The notes under the pieces are model-generated. The model ran no database searches and was not told the DNA's origin. It worked only from the letters and a program-made list of their open reading frames with translations. From the NCBI RefSeq assembly GCF_003790525.1, contig NZ_CP033635.1: a stretch of DNA of 64,000 nt; one strand, given 5' to 3'. This document shows positions 23,143-34,220 of this stretch, in pieces (position 1 is the first letter of the stretch; every line of letters begins with the position of its first letter). The translations under genes and the position numbers were made by a program. This DNA is from Escherichia coli. GTDB lineage: Bacteria; Pseudomonadota; Gammaproteobacteria; Enterobacterales; Enterobacteriaceae.

Positions 23143-24393
23143 ATGTCAACTCCACTTCAAGGAATTAAAGTTCTCGATTTCACCGGTGTGCAATCTGGCC
23201 CATCTTGTACTCAAATGCTGGCCTGGTTTGGCGCTGACGTCATTAAAATTGAACGTCCCGGCGTTGGTGACGTAACGCGTCACCAGCTGCGAGATATTCC
23301 TGATATCGATGCGCTTTACTTCACCATGCTTAACAGTAACAAACGTTCTATTGAATTAAATACCAAAACAGCGGAAGGCAAAGAGGTAATGGAAAAGCTG
23401 ATCCGCGAAGCTGATATCTTAGTCGAGAACTTTCATCCTGGGGCCATTGATCACATGGGCTTCACCTGGGAGCATATTCAAGAAATCAATCCACGTCTGA
23501 TTTTTGGTTCGATCAAAGGGTTTGATGAGTGTTCGCCTTATGTGAATGTAAAAGCCTATGAAAACGTTGCTCAGGCAGCGGGTGGCGCGGCATCCACTAC
23601 GGGTTTTTGGGACGGTCCGCCGCTGGTAAGCGCTGCAGCGTTGGGTGACAGCAACACCGGAATGCATTTACTGATCGGTTTACTTGCTGCTTTGCTGCAT
23701 CGCGAAAAAACGGGGCGTGGGCAACGAGTCACCATGTCAATGCAGGATGCCGTATTGAACCTTTGCCGCGTGAAATTACGCGACCAGCAGCGTCTCGATA
23801 AATTGGGTTATCTGGAAGAATACCCGCAGTATCCGAATGGCACATTTGGTGATGCAGTTCCCCGCGGAGGTAATGCGGGTGGTGGCGGTCAGCCTGGCTG
23901 GATCCTGAAATGTAAAGGCTGGGAAACCGATCCTAATGCCTATATTTATTTCACTATTCAGGAGCAAAACTGGGAAAACACCTGTAAAGCTATCGGCAAA
24001 CCAGAATGGATTACCGATCCGGCATACAGTACAGCCCATGCCCGACAGCCACATATTTTCGATATTTTTGCTGAAATCGAAAAATACACTGTCACTATTG
24101 ATAAACATGAAGCTGTGGCCTATTTGACTCAGTTTGATATTCCTTGTGCACCGGTTTTAAGTATGAAAGAAATTTCACTTGATCCCTCTTTGCGCCAAAG
24201 TGGCAGTGTTGTCGAAGTGGAACAACCGTTGCGTGGAAAATATCTGACAGTTGGTTGTCCAATGAAATTCTCTGCCTTTACGCCGGATATTAAAGCTGCG
24301 CCGCTATTAGGTGAACATACCGCTGCTGTATTGCAGGAGCTGGGTTATAGCGACGATGAAATTGCTGCAATGAAGCAAAACCACGCCATCTGA
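23143..24393 (+). CDS. frc: Formyl-CoA:oxalate CoA-transferase, 416 aa
   Basis: Family III CoA-transferase translation; paired with oxc downstream. Confidence 0.9.
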
Positions 24394-24446
24394 TATTAAC
24401 GGGGGCTTCTGGCTCCCAATTTATAAAAATTTCGAGGTTATTAATC

Positions 24447-26141
24447 ATGTCAGATCAACTTCAAATGACAGATGGTATGCATATCATCGTTGAAGCATTA
24501 AAACAGAATAATATTGACACTATTTATGGTGTTGTAGGTATTCCTGTGACGGATATGGCACGCCATGCCCAGGCGGAAGGCATTCGTTATATTGGTTTTC
24601 GTCATGAGCAGTCGGCAGGCTATGCCGCTGCGGCAAGCGGTTTTCTTACCCAAAAACCAGGGATCTGCCTGACAGTGTCTGCGCCAGGATTCCTCAATGG
24701 TTTGACCGCATTGGCCAACGCAACGGTAAATGGTTTTCCGATGATCATGATTAGCGGCTCCAGCGACCGCGCGATCGTCGACCTACAGCAAGGTGATTAT
24801 GAAGAGCTGGACCAAATGAATGCGGCAAAACCGTATGCCAAAGCAGCATTCCGCGTTAATCAGCCGCAGGATCTTGGCATTGCATTGGCACGCGCTATCC
24901 GGGTCTCAGTATCGGGTCGCCCTGGCGGAGTTTATCTTGATTTGCCAGCAAATGTCCTGGCCGCGACGATGGAAAAAGACGAAGCGTTAACCACGATTGT
25001 AAAAGTTGAAAATCCGTCGCCAGCATTATTGCCATGCCCGAAGTCAGTCGCTAGCGCAATTTCGCTTTTAGCAAAAGCTGAACGACCATTAGTTATCCTT
25101 GGCAAAGGCGCGGCGTATTCACAAGCTGATGAACAGCTTCGTGAATTTATTGAAAGTGCCCAGATTCCATTCCTGCCAATGTCTATGGCGAAAGGGATCC
25201 TGGAAGATACACATCCACTTTCTGCGGCAACTGCGCGTTCGTTTGCCCTGGCAAATGCTGACGTTGTCATGCTTGTTGGTGCACGACTGAATTGGTTACT
25301 GGCACACGGTAAAAAAGGATGGGCGGCAGATACACAGTTTATTCAACTGGATATTGAACCGCAGGAAATTGACAGCAACCGCCCCATTGCTGTGCCAGTC
25401 GTTGGCGATATTGCATCCAGTATGCAAGGTATGCTGGCAGAACTGAAACAAAACACATTTACGACTCCACTGGTATGGCGCGATATTTTAAATATCCACA
25501 AGCAGCAAAATGCACAAAAAATGCATGAAAAGTTAAGTACAGATACCCAACCATTAAATTACTTTAATGCATTGAGTGCCGTGCGCGATGTTTTGCGCGA
25601 GAACCAGGATATTTATTTAGTTAATGAAGGGGCAAATACCCTGGATAATGCACGAAATATTATTGATATGTATAAACCACGTCGTCGTCTGGATTGTGGC
25701 ACCTGGGGTGTCATGGGCATCGGTATGGGCTATGCCATCGGTGCTAGCGTGACCTCTGGTTCTCCGGTTGTCGCCATTGAAGGTGATAGTGCTTTTGGTT
25801 TCAGTGGGATGGAGATTGAAACGATTTGTCGATATAACCTGCCGGTGACGATCGTTATTTTTAATAATGGCGGCATCTACAGAGGAGACGGTGTTGATCT
25901 CAGTGGCGCTGGTGCACCATCACCAACAGATCTGTTGCACCATGCAAGGTATGACAAATTAATGGATGCGTTTCGTGGCGTTGGCTATAACGTCACCACG
26001 ACAGATGAACTTCGTCATGCTTTAACCACCGGTATTCAGTCGCGCAAACCGACCATTATTAATGTGGTCATCGACCCTGCAGCAGGAACTGAAAGTGGCC
26101 ATATTACCAAACTTAACCCAAAACAAGTCGCTGGTAATTAA
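24447..26141 (+). CDS. oxc: Oxalyl-CoA decarboxylase (ThDP-dependent), 564 aa
   Basis: Thiamine-diphosphate enzyme translation including the [14 protein letters not shown] cofactor-binding motif. Confidence 0.9.
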
Positions 26142-26209
26142 ATACTGACATCGTCTCCTCTTGCCAACTCATTATCGATGGTGAGGGGACCCTTATCGGA
26201 AATACTATT

Positions 26210-27154
26210 ATGCTAACATTTTTTATTGGCGATTTATTGCCTATTATCGTAATCATGCTGTTGGGTTATTTTAGCGGCAGACGAGAAACTTTTTCAGAAG
26301 ATCAAGCCCGGGCATTTAATAAACTGGTATTAAACTACGCTCTTCCTGCGGCCCTATTTGTTTCTATTACCCGGGCAAACAGGGAAATGATTTTTGCGGA
26401 CACTCGCCTGACCCTTGTATCACTTGTGGTTATTGTCGGATGTTTCTTTTTCTCCTGGTTTGGTTGCTACAAATTTTTTAAACGTACCCATGCAGAAGCA
26501 GCAGTATGTGCATTAATTGCAGGTTCACCTACCATCGGATTCCTGGGGTTTGCAGTTCTCGACCCTATTTATGGTGATTCCGTATCAACAGGTTTAGTGG
26601 TAGCAATTATTTCTATTATTGTTAACGCAATTACTATTCCTATTGGTCTGTATTTGTTGAATCCTTCCTCAGGAGCGGATGGTAAGAAGAATAGCAATCT
26701 GAGCGCATTAATTTCTGCGGCAAAGGAGCCAGTAGTATGGGCACCTGTTCTGGCAACGATCCTGGTGTTGGTTGGGGTAAAAATTCCGGCAGCATGGGAC
26801 CCAACCTTTAATCTGATTGCGAAGGCTAACTCAGGGGTAGCGGTATTCGCTGCGGGGTTGACTCTGGCTGCACATAAATTCGAGTTCAGTGCCGAAATTG
26901 CTTATAACACCTTCCTGAAGCTGATTCTGATGCCACTGGCGCTGCTTCTCGTGGGTATGGCATGTCATTTGAACAGCGAACATTTGCAGATGATGGTACT
27001 GGCAGGCGCCTTACCGCCGGCATTCTCCGGAATCATTATTGCCAGCCGGTTTAATGTCTATACCCGCACTGGTACAGCATCATTGGCTGTGAGCGTACTG
27101 GGCTTTGTCGTCACGGCTCCCTTGTGGATTTATGTCAGTCGACTGGTTTCATAA
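26210..27154 (+). CDS. yfdV: AEC-family transporter YfdV, 314 aa
   Basis: Multi-TM translation in the frc-oxc cluster. Confidence 0.82.
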
Positions 27155-27227
27155 TTAATCATGTTATTGATTTTACATAAATGCCGAAGTGTCTTTTCAC
27201 CTTCGGCTTTTTTCAAGGCATAAGCAA

Positions 27228-28373
27228 ATGACAAATAATGAAAGCAAAGGGCCGTTTGAAGGCTTATTAGTTATCGATATGACGCATGTCCTTAATGGGC
27301 CTTTCGGAACTCAACTTCTTTGTAATATGGGCGCAAGGGTAATTAAAGTTGAGCCGCCAGGTCATGGTGATGATACCCGCACATTTGGTCCCTATGTGGA
27401 TGGACAGTCACTCTATTACAGTTTTATTAATCATGGCAAAGAGAGTGTGGTTCTTGATTTAAAGAATGATCACGATAAAAGTATATTTATAAATATGCTT
27501 AAACAAGCTGATGTATTAGCTGAGAATTTTCGCCCAGGTACAATGGAAAAACTGGGGTTTTCATGGGAAAGGTTACAAGAAATCAACCCGCGCCTTATAT
27601 ATGCTTCATCGTCAGGTTTCGGACATACCGGTCCGCTAAAAGATGCTCCTGCCTACGATACCATCATTCAGGCAATGAGCGGGATAATGATGGAAACAGG
27701 ATACCCTGATGCTCCGCCAGTGCGCGTTGGTACCTCTCTTGCGGATCTATGTGGTGGTGTTTATTTATTCAGCGGAATAGTGAGTGCACTTTATGGCCGC
27801 GAAAAGAGCCAGAGAGGTGCGCATGTCGATATAGCGATGTTTGATGCCACGCTGAGTTTTCTGGAGCATGGACTGATGGCATATATCGCGACTGGGAAGT
27901 CACCACAACGCCTGGGAAATCGCCATCCCTACATGGCACCTTTTGATGTTTTTGATACTCAGGATAAGCCGATTACAATTTGTTGTGGTAATGACAAGCT
28001 TTTTTCTGCGTTATGCCAGGCACTGGAGCTTACAGAACTGGTTAATGATCCCCGATTTAGCAGCAATATTTTACGCGTACAAAACCAGGCTATTCTTAAA
28101 CAATATATTGAGCGAACGTTAAAAACGCAGGCAGCTGAAGTTTGGTTAGCCAGAATACATGAAGTTGGTGTACCCGTCGCGCCGTTATTAAGTGTGGCTG
28201 AGGCCATTAATTTGCCACAAACTCAGGCGAGAAATATGTTGATTGAAGCCGGAGGAATAATGATGCCAGGTAATCCGATAAAAATCAGCGGCTGCGCGGA
28301 CCCGCATGTTATGCCGGGAGCGGCAACGCTCGACCAGCATGGGGAACAAATTCGCCAGGAGTTCTCATCATAA
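27228..28373 (+). CDS. yfdE: Acetyl-CoA:oxalate CoA-transferase YfdE, 381 aa from Met MTNNESKG
   Basis: Paralogue of frc (family III CoA-transferase); the track ORF has a 13-codon upstream extension. Confidence 0.85.
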   Translation: MTNNESKGPFEGLLVIDMTHVLNGPFGTQLLCNMGARVIKVEPPGHGDDTRTFGPYVDGQSLYYSFINHGKESVVLDLKNDHDKSIFINMLKQADVLAENFRPGTMEKLGFSWERLQEINPRLIYASSSGFGHTGPLKDAPAYDTIIQAMSGIMMETGYPDAPPVRVGTSLADLCGGVYLFSGIVSALYGREKSQRGAHVDIAMFDATLSFLEHGLMAYIATGKSPQRLGNRHPYMAPFDVFDTQDKPITICCGNDKLFSALCQALELTELVNDPRFSSNILRVQNQAILKQYIERTLKTQAAEVWLARIHEVGVPVAPLLSVAEAINLPQTQARNMLIEAGGIMMPGNPIKISGCADPHVMPGAATLDQHGEQIRQEFSS

Positions 28374-28428
28374 ATGTAAGATGTGCTGGTAAATAGCTCC
28401 CACATTAGAACATTGTGGGAGCCGCAAT

Positions 28429-31400
28429 TTAGTCATTTTTCTGACAGAAAACAGCAATCTCCTGGTCCAGCTCTGCAATGTGTTCTTTTACAGAGTTCAG
28501 CAACTGAAGAATTTCAGGCTTACTGTCATCTGAAACAGGTGTTATTTCTAACTGATGGCTAATATTAATCAACTTTTGCAAATTCAGGATGTTAGCCGCA
28601 CCGTGGATGCGATGAATACACTGATGGAAAGTTCTGTTATCGCCAGCTTCTAGTGCATGAAACGCAGCGGGTAGATCTTTATGCGTTTCATGCTGGAAAG
28701 TCATGAGAATCTCCTGCATCAGTTGTAGATCATTCGCCGTATTATTCTTCAGGGCCTCGATATCAAGGTGGCGATACTGAGGTGCAATATGCGCAACCTG
28801 GTGTAACTGACTTAAATGTGTTTTCAGTACATCCAGAGTCAACGGTTTGAACAAACATAAGTTCATGCCGCAATTTAACCCTTTTTCACGTTCGTTAGCC
28901 TGTGCGTTGGCTGTAAGCCCCCAGATGGGTAAGGAAGAATTTTGCTCACGGAGTTTGCGAGTCAACTCAAAACCATCCATATTCGGCATATTTACGTCAG
29001 TAATAAGCAGATCATAATGTTGCATACTGATTTTGTGTAGCGCTTGCACACCATCAGTGGCTTCATCAACATCATATCCTAATAGATTTAGCTGGCGTTT
29101 GAGTAATAGCCTGTTGGTCGGATGATCATCCGCGATTAATATGCTCAACTTTTCAGGTAGTGTGATAGGTTGTTCTGCTTTTGTCTCTATAGCCGCCACT
29201 TGTTGGGTAATTTCTACCGGGATTGTGATCGTAAATATCGTTCCTATGCCTGGATGACTTTCTAATGACAAATCGCCCTGCATGTTTTTTATTAATTCTT
29301 TGCAGATCATTAAGCCTAAACCAGAACCTGTTTGCTGACGACCTGCACTTGTTTGGCTATAGCGTTTAAACAGTTGTTGTTGTTCTTCCTGCGATAATCC
29401 ACTTCCAGAATCCATAATCGTCATTTTGATAACAGCGTGGTTGTCATCAATGTGACCCAGGGAGGTCGTAATTTTTACTGCTCCCTCGGTAGTAAATTTG
29501 AGAGCATTACTCAGTAAATTAGATAAGACCTGCTTAAACGCCTGAGGGTCGATCTTAACCAGGTAGCGTTCAGGAAACGTACTGCTGCAACTTAATGCGA
29601 TGGATTTGCTTGCAGCAATCGCACCGAAAGAGTGACAAGTGTTCTGGACTAAAGTAGGGATATCGACCCATTGTGGTTGAAGTTGATAGTTACCCGATTC
29701 AATTTTGTCGACATCAAGGATTTCACCAATTAAGCCGAGGAGTGATTGTCCGGTGGCGTAGGCAAGTGAAATCGCCTCCACCCGTTGCTCCTTGCTAAGA
29801 CCAGAACCCGACAGTAGTTCCAGGAAGCCCATAATGGAGCTTATTGGTGTTCTTATTTCGTGACTCATTGTTGCCAGAAACTGGCTTTTTGCGACAGTTG
29901 CATTGATCGCTTTATTTCTCTCTACTTCGAGTGCATGAATTAAATCACGCGTCTCGGTAATATCTTGCCAACCACAAATATAAACAGCATGTTCGCTTGC
30001 TGGCAGATTACATAAGGTATGCCAGTGATTAATGCATCTTTTCTCGATGCCATTATCAATTTCAAATACCTGTGTGTATATTGTTCGGTTTTCTTTCGTT
30101 TCTGCTGTGACTTCATGCGTATTAGAAAAAACATCTTTAAAGGGGGATTCACTGTTTTCTAATGGTAACATTGCACTTTTATAGTAATCAGCAGTGAAAT
30201 AATGTTCAAATGCACTATTGTGACTAATGACATTACCTTGCCAGTTTACAACATAAGTTGGATTCGGTAAGGAGTCCGAGAGTGCTTTCCGGAATGATAT
30301 TTGGTTTTCTAAATCACCCTGAATAACTTTACGACGACGAACTGAGCGTAACAGGTAGAATCCCCATAAAAGGCTACTGCCAACTAATAAAACGGATAAT
30401 GTCGTAACAATATAAAATTGCTCGCTATAGAGGTCCCATGTATCAATGGTCACATTGGGCATTTTAATCCATTTTTCGGTCAGGCGCAGAACTTCGCTTG
30501 GGGGAATTGCATTCAGTGCTTTATTAATAATATCCTTAAGTTCCGGTTCTCCGCGAGGAAAAGCGAACGAAAGTGATGCATTCTGAACGCCGGGAATAAG
30601 AAAATGATAAAGTTCATTAGGATAGTAATGGTCGATCATGTAACGCGAATTTAACTGTGTCGCGACCAGAGCATCAAGTTCACCTTCCTTGACCTTGTGA
30701 AATGCAGCGCTGGCGTTATCGACTTTTATCCACTCTACCTCCGGATACATCTCTTTTAATTGCGAATGAAGCTCATAATAATATGGAATGGCAACTTTCA
30801 TTCCTTTTTTTAATGTTTGTTCACTGTCAGGCGCTTTTTGCATGACAAAAACGTAAGGCGTTGTTATGAAGGCTTCAGCAAATGAAACATTATTTTCTCG
30901 ATCTTCACTATAAATAGCGGCGGGCAATATATCCCATCCACCGGGGTTAAGCTGTGTCCCCGCATGAATATTGTGTGAAACGGTGATCGGAGAAAAATTT
31001 AAACCTGTTTGCAAGGTAATAATATTAAGAATATCACCCATCACGCCCCGAACTGAGCCAGTTTCATCTGTCATAGAATAGGGTGGCGAGTAAGGATTTT
31101 CCAGCACCTTTAAATCGGGATGCTGCTTAATCCACTGTTTTTCATGTTCAGTGAGTTCTAATGGTTTGTTCAGAAAGGCCAGGTTTCCTGTATCAAGCCA
31201 ATTTTGTGATACTTCATAGCGAACTTCATTTGTTAAAGCATCAACAAATCGATTGAGTACTTCATTAAGAACGATTGAATCTTTTCTGGTTAATAAAAAG
31301 TTATATTGACGCGGTGAGTTATAATACTTCACTACATTTAAGGAGTGAGTAAAATAACGGGAAATCATACTGCTGGTAATGATGTTACTACCAATAAAGT

Positions 31401-32022
31401 AATCATTCTGTCCGGCTGAGACGGATGCTAATGCCTGATATAAATTTGTAAAAGAGATAATTGTTGCTTTTGGAAATGATTGATGAATTACCTCGTCTGG
31501 GGGATAATTTGCTACTCGAGCAATATTTACTGGTTTTGATGAGGTAAGCGGTCGCATTGAATCGTGAAGGGTAGTGACCAGCGCCGGAAAGGTAATTATC
31601 AGAGGATTAGTTGCAGCAATGTCATCATTAAGAGGCGGCGAAGCAACTAAATGTGATAACACTATATCAACTTCACCGTCTTCCAGCGCGTCCATTGCTT
31701 TTTGATGATCTGCGTATTCCCGGAGTGTTAATTTGATATTTAACGCTCTTTTTAAAAGATTTAAATAATCAGCATTAATACCACGAATCCGTTGCTGCGA
31801 ATCGGTATGCAACAACGTAGCTGTTTGGGACTTGTGTACTGCAATCACAAGATTTTTTTTGCTCGCTAGCCAACGTAATTCCTTGTTGCTCAGACGTAGT
31901 GGATCAAGTGTGACACGGTTGTTACTACTGATGCCACGATATTCGATGTAATCTCCGTCTGCGAAACTTATGGTCGACCAAAGACCACAACAGAGAAGAA
32001 AAATATAGGGTAAAAACTTCAT
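28429..32022 (-). CDS. evgS: Hybrid sensor histidine kinase EvgS, 1197 aa
   Basis: Signal peptide, tandem periplasmic solute-binding-like domains, TM, HisKA/ATPase, receiver and HPt domains. Confidence 0.92.
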   Translation of the reverse strand: MKFLPYIFLLCCGLWSTISFADGDYIEYRGISSNNRVTLDPLRLSNKELRWLASKKNLVIAVHKSQTATLLHTDSQQRIRGINADYLNLLKRALNIKLTLREYADHQKAMDALEDGEVDIVLSHLVASPPLNDDIAATNPLIITFPALVTTLHDSMRPLTSSKPVNIARVANYPPDEVIHQSFPKATIISFTNLYQALASVSAGQNDYFIGSNIITSSMISRYFTHSLNVVKYYNSPRQYNFLLTRKDSIVLNEVLNRFVDALTNEVRYEVSQNWLDTGNLAFLNKPLELTEHEKQWIKQHPDLKVLENPYSPPYSMTDETGSVRGVMGDILNIITLQTGLNFSPITVSHNIHAGTQLNPGGWDILPAAIYSEDRENNVSFAEAFITTPYVFVMQKAPDSEQTLKKGMKVAIPYYYELHSQLKEMYPEVEWIKVDNASAAFHKVKEGELDALVATQLNSRYMIDHYYPNELYHFLIPGVQNASLSFAFPRGEPELKDIINKALNAIPPSEVLRLTEKWIKMPNVTIDTWDLYSEQFYIVTTLSVLLVGSSLLWGFYLLRSVRRRKVIQGDLENQISFRKALSDSLPNPTYVVNWQGNVISHNSAFEHYFTADYYKSAMLPLENSESPFKDVFSNTHEVTAETKENRTIYTQVFEIDNGIEKRCINHWHTLCNLPASEHAVYICGWQDITETRDLIHALEVERNKAINATVAKSQFLATMSHEIRTPISSIMGFLELLSGSGLSKEQRVEAISLAYATGQSLLGLIGEILDVDKIESGNYQLQPQWVDIPTLVQNTCHSFGAIAASKSIALSCSSTFPERYLVKIDPQAFKQVLSNLLSNALKFTTEGAVKITTSLGHIDDNHAVIKMTIMDSGSGLSQEEQQQLFKRYSQTSAGRQQTGSGLGLMICKELIKNMQGDLSLESHPGIGTIFTITIPVEITQQVAAIETKAEQPITLPEKLSILIADDHPTNRLLLKRQLNLLGYDVDEATDGVQALHKISMQHYDLLITDVNMPNMDGFELTRKLREQNSSLPIWGLTANAQANEREKGLNCGMNLCLFKPLTLDVLKTHLSQLHQVAHIAPQYRHLDIEALKNNTANDLQLMQEILMTFQHETHKDLPAAFHALEAGDNRTFHQCIHRIHGAANILNLQKLINISHQLEITPVSDDSKPEILQLLNSVKEHIAELDQEIAVFCQKND

Positions 32023-32026
32023 GTGG

Positions 32027-32641
32027 TTAGCCGATTTTGTTACGTTGTGCGAATGTGTAAAGATCCATCAGTGATTTGCATTCTAATTTTTCCATCAAGC
32101 GACTTTTATACGTGCTGACAGTTTTGTTGCTGATGAACATTTTTTCAGCAATGTCATTATTATCCTTGCCATCAAGAATATACCGCATGACACTAATTTC
32201 TTGTTTCGATAAGGAGTCGAGTTTTTGCTGGTCGGACGTTAAACTTCCAACAAACCGGTTGAGAGAGAAGGGGAAATAGCAGTAGCCATTTTTTGCAGCT
32301 TCAATAGCCGCAATGATATTGTTCATGCCTTCTTTTTTACTCACGAAACCATTAGCGCCAGCATCAGCACAATGTTTCCCGTAAAAATGGTCATTTTTAG
32401 CGGAGACAATAATAATAATTCCGCTATATTGGCGCTTTCTCAGCGTTTCTAACACCTGGATACCGTTAACTCCGGGGATATCGACATCAATGATGACGAT
32501 ATCAGGCTTAAGTGTTTCCACCCGCTGAACGGCACTTCCGCCTTCAGTCAACTCTGCTAAGATTTCAATATCGTTTTTGATCAATAAATTACGAATTGCT
32601 GCGATAGCAAGAGGATGGTCATCAATAATTATTGCGTTCAT
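32027..32641 (-). CDS. evgA: Response regulator EvgA (receiver + LuxR-type HTH), 204 aa
   Basis: Receiver domain plus C-terminal LuxR/FixJ HTH; immediately upstream of evgS on the same strand. Confidence 0.92.
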   Translation of the reverse strand: MNAIIIDDHPLAIAAIRNLLIKNDIEILAELTEGGSAVQRVETLKPDIVIIDVDIPGVNGIQVLETLRKRQYSGIIIIVSAKNDHFYGKHCADAGANGFVSKKEGMNNIIAAIEAAKNGYCYFPFSLNRFVGSLTSDQQKLDSLSKQEISVMRYILDGKDNNDIAEKMFISNKTVSTYKSRLMEKLECKSLMDLYTFAQRNKIG

Positions 32642-32865
32642 AGATTATTCCCTTTGCAATGAAGCATCTCCCTTCTCCCTGTAGTAATACAGACATAAGG
32701 CATCATCTCATTTTCTCAATAAAAATAAGAAAATTTGAGCTTCCTTTAAGATAATTCGACAAGTATACCATATAAATAGTCGGCATATATGAAATGTCAA
32801 CAATAAAATCAGGGATTGTACCGATGATTTATAGTTTCACATTAGCACTATAAGTCTTCTCACTA

Positions 32866-32883
32866 ATCCTACAGGCGTAAGAA
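32866..32883. promoter_or_regulatory. EvgA box in the evgA-emrK divergent intergenic region
   Basis: ATCCTACA-GG-CGTAAGAA matches the EvgA consensus at 16 of 18 positions. Confidence 0.6.
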
Positions 32884-33056
32884 TTGTATTGCAAAAGCCA
32901 CGGTTTAGTCCTCTGTTGTTTTTTTTGCACCTCATTTAAATTAGGCCTCCAACGTTCCTGGGATAATGTGCAACACATGCACTGTGTTTGATATGAAGAA
33001 TGAATACTCTTTTCATTCAATTCATAAATTTCATCTATGCGAAATGAGAGATAAAA

Positions 33057-34220
33057 GTGGAACAGATTAATTCAAATAAAAAACATTCTGACAGAAAAAA
33101 ATATTTTGCTTTGTTAGCGGTAGTTTTATTTATTGCGTTTTCAGGTGCCTATGCCTATTGGTCAATGGAATTAGAAGACATGATTAGTACAGATGACGCC
33201 TATGTCACGGGAAATGCAGATCCAATTTCTGCACAAGTTTCAGGCAGCGTCACTGTCGTTAATCATAAAGATACGAACTACGTTCGACAGGGTGACATTT
33301 TAGTCTCACTGGATAAGACTGATGCCACTATCGCACTCAATAAAGCTAAAAATAATCTGGCCAATATTGTTCGGCAAACGAATAAACTGTACTTACAGGA
33401 TAAACAATACAGTGCCGAAGTCGCTTCAGCTCGTATTCAGTATCAACAATCTTTAGAAGATTATAACCGTCGTGTACCTTTAGCGAAGCAGGGGGTTATT
33501 TCAAAAGAAACGCTGGAGCATACCAAAGATACGTTAATAAGTAGCAAAGCGGCATTGAATGCTGCTATTCAGGCTTATAAAGCGAATAAAGCTTTAGTAA
33601 TGAACACACCATTAAACCGTCAGCCACAAGTCGTTGAAGCGGCGGATGCAACCAAAGAAGCCTGGTTGGCGCTTAAACGTACGGATATTAAGAGTCCGGT
33701 TACCGGCTATATTGCCCAGCGAAGTGTTCAGGTCGGCGAAACAGTGAGTCCCGGACAATCGTTAATGGCTGTCGTACCGGCACGTCAAATGTGGGTTAAT
33801 GCCAACTTTAAAGAAACACAACTCACGGATGTGCGGATTGGTCAATCGGTCAATATTATTAGCGATCTTTATGGTGAAAATGTTGTGTTTCATGGTCGGG
33901 TGACAGGGATCAATATGGGAACCGGCAATGCGTTCTCCTTATTACCTGCACAAAATGCGACAGGGAATTGGATCAAAATCGTTCAGCGTGTACCGGTTGA
34001 GGTTTCTCTTGATCCAAAAGAACTCATGGAACATCCCTTGCGCATTGGTTTATCGATGACTGCAACTATTGATACCAGGAACGAAGACATTGCCGATATG
34101 CCCGATCTGGCTTCAACCGTGACGTCCATGCCTGCTTATACCAGTAAGGCTTTAATTATCGATACCAGTCCGATAGAAAAAGAAATTAGCAACATTATTT
34201 CGCATAATGGACAACTTTAA
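33057..34220 (+). CDS. emrK: Multidrug efflux membrane-fusion protein EmrK (EmrA paralogue), 387 aa
   Basis: HlyD-family periplasmic adaptor translation with single N-terminal TM. Confidence 0.88.
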   Translation: MEQINSNKKHSDRKKYFALLAVVLFIAFSGAYAYWSMELEDMISTDDAYVTGNADPISAQVSGSVTVVNHKDTNYVRQGDILVSLDKTDATIALNKAKNNLANIVRQTNKLYLQDKQYSAEVASARIQYQQSLEDYNRRVPLAKQGVISKETLEHTKDTLISSKAALNAAIQAYKANKALVMNTPLNRQPQVVEAADATKEAWLALKRTDIKSPVTGYIAQRSVQVGETVSPGQSLMAVVPARQMWVNANFKETQLTDVRIGQSVNIISDLYGENVVFHGRVTGINMGTGNAFSLLPAQNATGNWIKIVQRVPVEVSLDPKELMEHPLRIGLSMTATIDTRNEDIADMPDLASTVTSMPAYTSKALIIDTSPIEKEISNIISHNGQL

